Assembly (NCBI GenBank): GCA_028700185.1
Contig: JAQVTF010000001.1
Span: forward strand, 1 to 63,079
Source: Desulfobacteraceae bacterium
GTDB lineage: Bacteria > Desulfobacterota > Desulfobacteria > Desulfobacterales > UBA2174
Direction: 5' to 3'
Length of the DNA stretch: 63,079 nucleotides
The notes under the pieces were generated by a model, which saw only the letters and a program-made list of their open reading frames with translations, was not told the DNA's origin and ran no database searches. Below, piece after piece: positions 58,198 to 63,079 of the stretch. Made by a program: the position numbers and the translations under genes. Numbering within the stretch: the first letter of the stretch is position 1; the number at the start of each line of letters is the position of its first letter.

Positions 58198-59067
58198 TCA
58201 GAAATCGGCCTCCAGATACTGCCGGACCGGCTCGGCCAGCACCCGACGCCAGGAACCGTACACGGGGTTGGGTAAAATGTACCACTTGCGGCCCCACCAA
58301 TCCTTGTACATCCCGGCCTTTTCCCGCCGCTCCTCGGGGGTGATCCCGGACCGGACACCGGGGATAAAATCGTTGAGATCGTCGCCGAAGAGCATCAGTA
58401 CCCGGTATCCCCGCGCCACCACCGCCCTTCGGTGGGTCTTGTCCGAGCCCCATTGCCTCACTTCATCCTTGAGCAGAAGGTGCTCCGTCGTGATTCCGGA
58501 AATTCCCAGCGCGTTCAGGTTTTCGATGGCTTCAAACGCCTGGGGACAGGCCACGGCACCGTCCGCGCCCCGTCGGCAGGCGCGGTTGGTGATGAAAAAT
58601 ACCGCAATCCCTTGATCCTGGAGATGGCGGAGAAAATCCACGGCACCGGCGATGCGCCGGGCGCGGTTCAAGCGTCCCCACCGGTCCCACTCGGCCTTGT
58701 TGAACGCGCCGCCGTGCATCGCTCGCCAACCTTGAAATTCAGAGCTGTCCAGAACGGTTTCATCGATGTCGAAAATCACCGCCGGCGGCAGATGGGCATA
58801 GTCTCCGGACTGCTCCAGGGCCGCGGTCCAGCCCGGATCGGCCAGGGCCGCTTCAAGGTTCATCCGGGCCGCGTTGTAGGCCTGGTAGCCGCCGGCGGCG
58901 TATTCGGCGGCCGTCCGGGTCCAGAGCACAGCGGTGGTGTCCGGCACCGGCGGGCTCTGGCAGGCGGCCATAGACAGAAACAGGCCCAGACAAAGCATCC
59001 GGCCGATGATTTTCAGGTGGTGATGGCATTTCCGGGGGGAGTGGTTGAGACCGGGATCATTGACCAT
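58198..59067 (-). CDS. HAD-superfamily acid phosphatase / 5'-nucleotidase, lipoprotein e(P4)-like
   Basis: The lipobox is LFLSMAAC. The HAD motif I is VIFDIDETVLD, and FFITNR and GDDLNDF are also present. The start is chosen at Met 59067, though 59103 is possible. The track ORF is overextended. Confidence 0.7.
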   Translation of the reverse strand: MVNDPGLNHSPRKCHHHLKIIGRMLCLGLFLSMAACQSPPVPDTTAVLWTRTAAEYAAGGYQAYNAARMNLEAALADPGWTAALEQSGDYAHLPPAVIFDIDETVLDSSEFQGWRAMHGGAFNKAEWDRWGRLNRARRIAGAVDFLRHLQDQGIAVFFITNRACRRGADGAVACPQAFEAIENLNALGISGITTEHLLLKDEVRQWGSDKTHRRAVVARGYRVLMLFGDDLNDFIPGVRSGITPEERREKAGMYKDWWGRKWYILPNPVYGSWRRVLAEPVRQYLEADF

Positions 59068-59221
59068 GGAAGCCTCTCTTTTTTTAGTTTGAGCGGTTCG
59101 CATGGAAAAGGTTTCATTTACCGCCGGGGATGTCAAACGCTTCTTTGCCGCCCGGAAAGGTTGATGAAAAACCGCCGACAGCCGCACAACGGCCGGGCAG
59201 GTCTGGAAAAAGCGCCGGCTG

Positions 59222-60025
59222 TTATCCGACGGGGTTTTGGATTGCAGCGCCCCTGGACGGATGCGGTCCGTCCACCACGGCCAAGAGGTGGTCGGAATCC
59301 AGGACAGAGGCATTCCACCGCACCGGTGCCGGGCGGCCGCCTTCCAGCAGCCGGCCGTCCAGAAACGCCACCTGCCGTAAAGACCGGTGAAACCCCTGGC
59401 GGATGTACTTGAGATAGGCTTCCTTCAGAGTCCAGGTGCGAACCAGGGCCAGGGCGTCGCTCCCATCGAGGGCCGTCTGTTCGCGGTCACTGAGAAGCAG
59501 TTGCAAAAAAGCCGGGTTGGTGGGGATACGCCGGCGCTCGATATCGATGCCCACGGCCCGGGCAGGATCCAGGCTGAGGGCGGCGGCGGCCCAGCGGCCG
59601 GCGTGGGTGATGGAGAGGCAGTGGTCCGGAAACAGTGGCAGGTACGGCGCGCCGTGGGCTTCATAGGCCACCGTGATCGCTCCGGGCGCCAGACGCGCAT
59701 CGAGGCACGCGGTCACCAGGGTCTTCACCGCCAGGCGTCCGGCCAGCCATTCCACCTGGCGTTTGAGGGCCTTGAAGCCTTGAACGGCTTCCCACTCCCC
59801 CGGTGCCAACCAGTCCCGAAGCGCGGCGATGAATGAGAGATCCCCCGCCGGCCGACGCAGATCTCCGATTTCCAGATCGCCGAACCAGTCCTTCACCAGG
59901 GCTTCGATGTCCACTTGGCAGAGGCGAATGTCTTGGGCGATTTCTGAAACGGCGCAGGGCGGCAAGCGGTTGGGGCTGGCATTCGGCATGTTGGCACTAT
60001 CCGGATCGGAGCGGCAATTCGGCAT
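59222..60025 (-). CDS. Sfp-type 4'-phosphopantetheinyl transferase
   Basis: Motifs are ..AVGIDIER.. and ..WTLKEAYLKYIRQG... It lies adjacent to a carrier-protein-containing synthase. Confidence 0.8.
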   Translation of the reverse strand: MPNCRSDPDSANMPNASPNRLPPCAVSEIAQDIRLCQVDIEALVKDWFGDLEIGDLRRPAGDLSFIAALRDWLAPGEWEAVQGFKALKRQVEWLAGRLAVKTLVTACLDARLAPGAITVAYEAHGAPYLPLFPDHCLSITHAGRWAAAALSLDPARAVGIDIERRRIPTNPAFLQLLLSDREQTALDGSDALALVRTWTLKEAYLKYIRQGFHRSLRQVAFLDGRLLEGGRPAPVRWNASVLDSDHLLAVVDGPHPSRGAAIQNPVG

Positions 60026-60028
60026 CGA

Positions 60029-60270
60029 TCAAGCCCGCGACAACGCCGTCACTTGAATGGTTGTAGACAAACCAACGATTTCGGGATCGCCGATACGGAT
60101 GACGGCGCCAAGTTTTTCAGCCAAGCCAACGGCAAATGCATCCGCATAGGAAAGCCGATGAACAGCCTTGAGCCGGGCGGCGGCAAGAATGTCCTTATGG
60201 TAAAACAAGCCACGGGTCAAGCCTCGCCGTTGAACCGTGTCATGGCAAGGCACTGCTCCCACGGTCACTT
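60029..60270 (-). pseudogene. 5'-truncated PIN-domain (VapC-like) remnant
   Basis: The C-terminal ~80 aa (..AAARLKAVHRLSYADAFAVGLAEKLGAVIRIGDPEI..) resembles the C-terminal half of VapC toxins. The N-terminal part of the 135-aa track ORF overlaps the synthase gene and looks non-coding. No antitoxin gene is present. Confidence 0.35.
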
Positions 60271-60317
60271 TTTTACGATGATCCGTAAAGCGACGCTGTC
60301 CCGGAATTCGTCCTCCC

Positions 60318-63079
60318 TCAAGAAGCCTTGCGCAAGTCTCCCACCAGTCGCTCGGCGATGCGGTCCTCGGGCTGCAAGCGATCCACCTTGACCATCTCGA
60401 AACCCTCGATCTCAACCACGGCCCGGTGGTCTTCATCGGCCAGGGTCAATCGGTAGGTGATGGTCTTTTCCCCGCTGGCGATCCGTTCGGTGAGGCAGCG
60501 ATACACCGCACCGCGCCGGGGCGGGCCGTACCAACGCAGATGCCGGATGCTGTAGGGCAGCACGATATCGCCGCTGGTGAGCACCTCCAGCATGCCGCCG
60601 GTCTGGAACATGGCGTCGATGAGCTGCACGTCGGTGACGAAACGGGGTGTTGGTTCCCCCGCAAAAAACTCCCGCGGCTCGGGATGTGCGATGCGCACGA
60701 GCAGTCGCTGCCCATCGAAGCCGTCCACGGCGGTGACGGTGCGAAAGAGCCCGTCCATGAACAGGCGCTTGGGATGGTAGAGCAGCGCCTGGACATCTTC
60801 CGGCGCCGCCGGCCGGGGCAAATCTGGCCATTGCACGCGTGGCGCCCCGGGCCAGCGCTGAGCCACCTCAAAACGCCCCTCGAAGTGCCGCTTGGCCTCG
60901 CCCACCCGATGTCCCGCCGGATCGACAAAGCGCGATTCGATGGCGCAGCGGTAGGTGGCATCGCCATCCTGACGGGCGCTGATCTCGATGGTCCTGGGCC
61001 GTCCCTTGAGCAGTTTGATGCCATAGGGAATGTGAAATTCGGTCAATGCCACCGGCACCCGGCCGCAACCGTCTTGGAGGACCGCCGCCTCGGCCATGGC
61101 CTCGATGCCCGTGGCGCCGAGAAAAATCGGCACGCCGGCCCGGGTGTGATCGTCGAGGAACCGATCTCTCGCCATCGTCAGGGTGCGCTCAAAGACACTT
61201 TCTCCGGCAGTCCGCACCGTCCTGGTGTCAATGAAAGGCGCCGGCGAGCCCAACAGGCCGTCGGGATCCATGGCCCGGTCCCGACCGGTGAAGACCGCCT
61301 CCCGGGCCGAGGCATCCGCCAGTTCGTCGACAAAGCACGCTACCCCCCGGGCCAAGGGCAGAAAGGTCAACCCCCGCTCGGCGAGCACCCGACGCACCGT
61401 CTCACCGGTGGCCATGCCGGCGCCGTCCCAGGCGGTCCAGGCCAGGGTCTTGCAGACGGTTTCCGGGTGCCGCTGCTGGAAACGCTGGAGCAGCCGGCCC
61501 AGCATGTCGTTGGCCGCGGTGTAGTCCGCCTGCCCGGCGTTGCCCAGGCGGGCGGTGACCGAGGAAAATCCGATGACACTGCGCAGACCATGGTCCTGAA
61601 GGGCTTCGAGCAGATGGCCCAATCCCGCGACCTTGGTGTCGAACACCCGGGAGAATTGCGCCAGGCTTTTTTTGGCCAGCGGCTGGCTTTCCTCCAGTCC
61701 GGCGGCGTGAATCAGGACATCGATCTTCGTCTCGCCTTTCAGGGCCTTGCCCACCGCATCCCCGTCGGTGACATCCACGGCCCGGTAGCGCACCCGGAGC
61801 CCGGCCTGGCGAAGCTTTTCGATGTTTTCCCGGGACTGTCGGGCCGCTATCACCTTGGCCGCCATGCGCTTGAGGTCCACCGGCTTGGCCCGGGGATGGC
61901 GCTGGCGCAAGAGAGAAACAATCGCCCCCTCGTCCGCGGCCGCCCCCAACTCCGGGGCTTCTTCCTCGATCTCGCTGCGCCCGAAAATCACCAGCTCACC
62001 GTGCCAGCGCGCCGCAAGCCCCTGAAGGATGAAAAATGTGATCCCCCGGGCCCCGCCGGTGACCAGCACGGTATCTCCGTCGACGAGGAGGGCGCCGTCG
62101 GCGGCCGGCGCCGCCGGCAACAGGCAGAGCCCGAAACGCCGGCCGTCGCGGTAGCCGACCTCCACCCGCCGATCCGAACCGCCGATTTCCGCCGCCAGCG
62201 CTTCAGCCGCTTCATCCAGGGCCCCGGCCGGATCATCCGCCGCCAGGTCCACCGTCTTGACCCGGGCCTCGGGAATCTCCCGGGCCACCGTCTTGAGCAG
62301 GCCGGCCATGCCGGCAAAGGCCGGGTAGACCGGGCGGTCGTTTTGGTCATAGGCGAAAACCACCGAGTTAAAGCTCACCGCCGCCACCAGTCCGTCCCTG
62401 GCCAGGCGCGGCTGAAGCCGCTGCACGGCGGCAAACAGCGACTTGACCGCCACGGCGATCTCGGCCCGGCTTTCGCCGCTGCCCCCGTCGAGGAAGGCAT
62501 CCACCGGCAAAAGATGCACCAGTCCGTTGAGATCGGGATGATCCGCCAGCACCCGGTCCATCACGGCGGCGGTTTCCACCGGATCGAGGAAATCGCAGGG
62601 ATAATGGACCTTCTGTCCCCGGCCCAGGGTCACCAGGCGGGCGCCCGCGGCCCCCAAACGGGTCGCAACCCGCTCCCAGAGGCCATGACCGTCACAGGTG
62701 ACCAGGAGCTTGCGCCCGACCAGTGATCTTGTCCGCCCGGGCAAGAGATCTTCCAGGGCGGTGACCCGGGGTTCAAAGCGCAGAACCATCGGCGAGGCCG
62801 TTTCTTCCGTCGAAACCTCGCCTTGCACCACTCTGCCGGGATCCGAAGGGGCATCTGCCCCTACTTCGGTGGGCACCGGGGAGGATTCCCCCAACCGGGA
62901 GCGGATGTAACCGGCGATCTTGTCGATGGTGTTCAGCTCCGCCAGGCGCAGGTCCTCGGGTACCGTAAGATGGAAATGCCGACTGATCCGCCCGAAGGTC
63001 TCCACCTGTTTCACCGTGTCGATGCCCAGGTCCGCCTCCAGGTCCAGGGCGGCATCCAGCATGTCCACGGTATAACCGG
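60318..63079 (-). CDS. PfaA-like polyketide/PUFA-type synthase, C-terminal part (ACP - KR - PS-DH). The N-terminus lies beyond the right window edge.
   Basis: The frame is open to 63079. The ACP-like segment is LDLEADLGIDTVKQVE. The KR Rossmann motif is VLVTGGARGITFFILQGLAARW..., and ..VLIHAAGL.. is also present. The DH-like region is FLDDHTRAGVPIFLGATGIEAMAEAA. Confidence 0.75.
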   Translation of the reverse strand, partial: GYTVDMLDAALDLEADLGIDTVKQVETFGRISRHFHLTVPEDLRLAELNTIDKIAGYIRSRLGESSPVPTEVGADAPSDPGRVVQGEVSTEETASPMVLRFEPRVTALEDLLPGRTRSLVGRKLLVTCDGHGLWERVATRLGAAGARLVTLGRGQKVHYPCDFLDPVETAAVMDRVLADHPDLNGLVHLLPVDAFLDGGSGESRAEIAVAVKSLFAAVQRLQPRLARDGLVAAVSFNSVVFAYDQNDRPVYPAFAGMAGLLKTVAREIPEARVKTVDLAADDPAGALDEAAEALAAEIGGSDRRVEVGYRDGRRFGLCLLPAAPAADGALLVDGDTVLVTGGARGITFFILQGLAARWHGELVIFGRSEIEEEAPELGAAADEGAIVSLLRQRHPRAKPVDLKRMAAKVIAARQSRENIEKLRQAGLRVRYRAVDVTDGDAVGKALKGETKIDVLIHAAGLEESQPLAKKSLAQFSRVFDTKVAGLGHLLEALQDHGLRSVIGFSSVTARLGNAGQADYTAANDMLGRLLQRFQQRHPETVCKTLAWTAWDGAGMATGETVRRVLAERGLTFLPLARGVACFVDELADASAREAVFTGRDRAMDPDGLLGSPAPFIDTRTVRTAGESVFERTLTMARDRFLDDHTRAGVPIFLGATGIEAMAEAAVLQDGCGRVPVALTEFHIPYGIKLLKGRPRTIEISARQDGDATYRCAIESRFVDPAGHRVGEAKRHFEGRFEVAQRWPGAPRVQWPDLPRPAAPEDVQALLYHPKRLFMDGLFRTVTAVDGFDGQRLLVRIAHPEPREFFAGEPTPRFVTDVQLIDAMFQTGGMLEVLTSGDIVLPYSIRHLRWYGPPRRGAVYRCLTERIASGEKTITYRLTLADEDHRAVVEIEGFEMVKVDRLQPEDRIAERLVGDLRKAS

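Overview
GC-rich chromosomal segment whose gene content matches a sulfate-reducing, Desulfobacterota-type anaerobe. This is inferred from content only; no database search was possible.

Gene order, left to right:
- A type 1 BREX phage-defence locus on the minus strand: brxA, brxB, brxC, an embedded AlbA_2/ATPase gene, then pglX running off the left edge. It abuts the 3' end of a tRNA-Met gene.
- Housekeeping genes: a zinc-ribbon protein, hpt, cbpA, mnmG, a TIGR01212 radical SAM gene, nadE and miaA. Between nadE and miaA lies a large receiver/PEP-binding protein.
- A tightly packed five-gene redox operon. It encodes a 1483-aa HdrL-type protein read through an in-frame TGA (selenocysteine), a Sec-containing MvhD/FlxD, and FlxC-, FlxB- and FlxA-like subunits. 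dsrC follows it.
- yjbQ and an AsnC-type siroheme-decarboxylase-like gene.
- A PAS histidine kinase / sigma54 activator / archaemetzincin operon, a GcvH-like gene with a sigma54-type promoter, and a C-N hydrolase.
- A tetR, acyl-CoA dehydrogenase, membrane FeS oxidoreductase, etfB, etfA module.
- secA, clpS-clpA, and a DJ-1/PfpI gene.
- A cobalamin nucleotide-loop cluster (cobO-cobU-cobS-cobD-cbiB), divergent from a cobalamin riboswitch plus cobT.
- An NTP-transferase and a GT2 glycosyltransferase, a secreted protein, an e(P4)-type phosphatase, and an Sfp-type PPTase.
- The ACP-KR-DH tail of a PfaA-like synthase running off the right edge.

Non-genic structure is unusually rich:
- An AT-rich palindromic element sits in frame inside pglX.
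- Several arrays are each built from a different short word: CACGAAA, CCTTGAAC, GTTATCG, TTTAGTCAC and GTGGAC.
- REP/MITE-like hairpin elements occur in at least two copies.

Best candidates for something new:
- The HdrL-FlxDCBA operon, which lacks hdrBC and sits next to dsrC.
- The BREX locus, with its embedded gene and the in-frame repeat insertion.
- The heptamer array in the etfB leader.

Caveats:
- All calls rest on motif recognition by eye.
- The many long antisense ORFs in the track are GC-driven mirror ORFs.
- Hand-counted coordinates of non-ORF features may be off by 1-2 nt.
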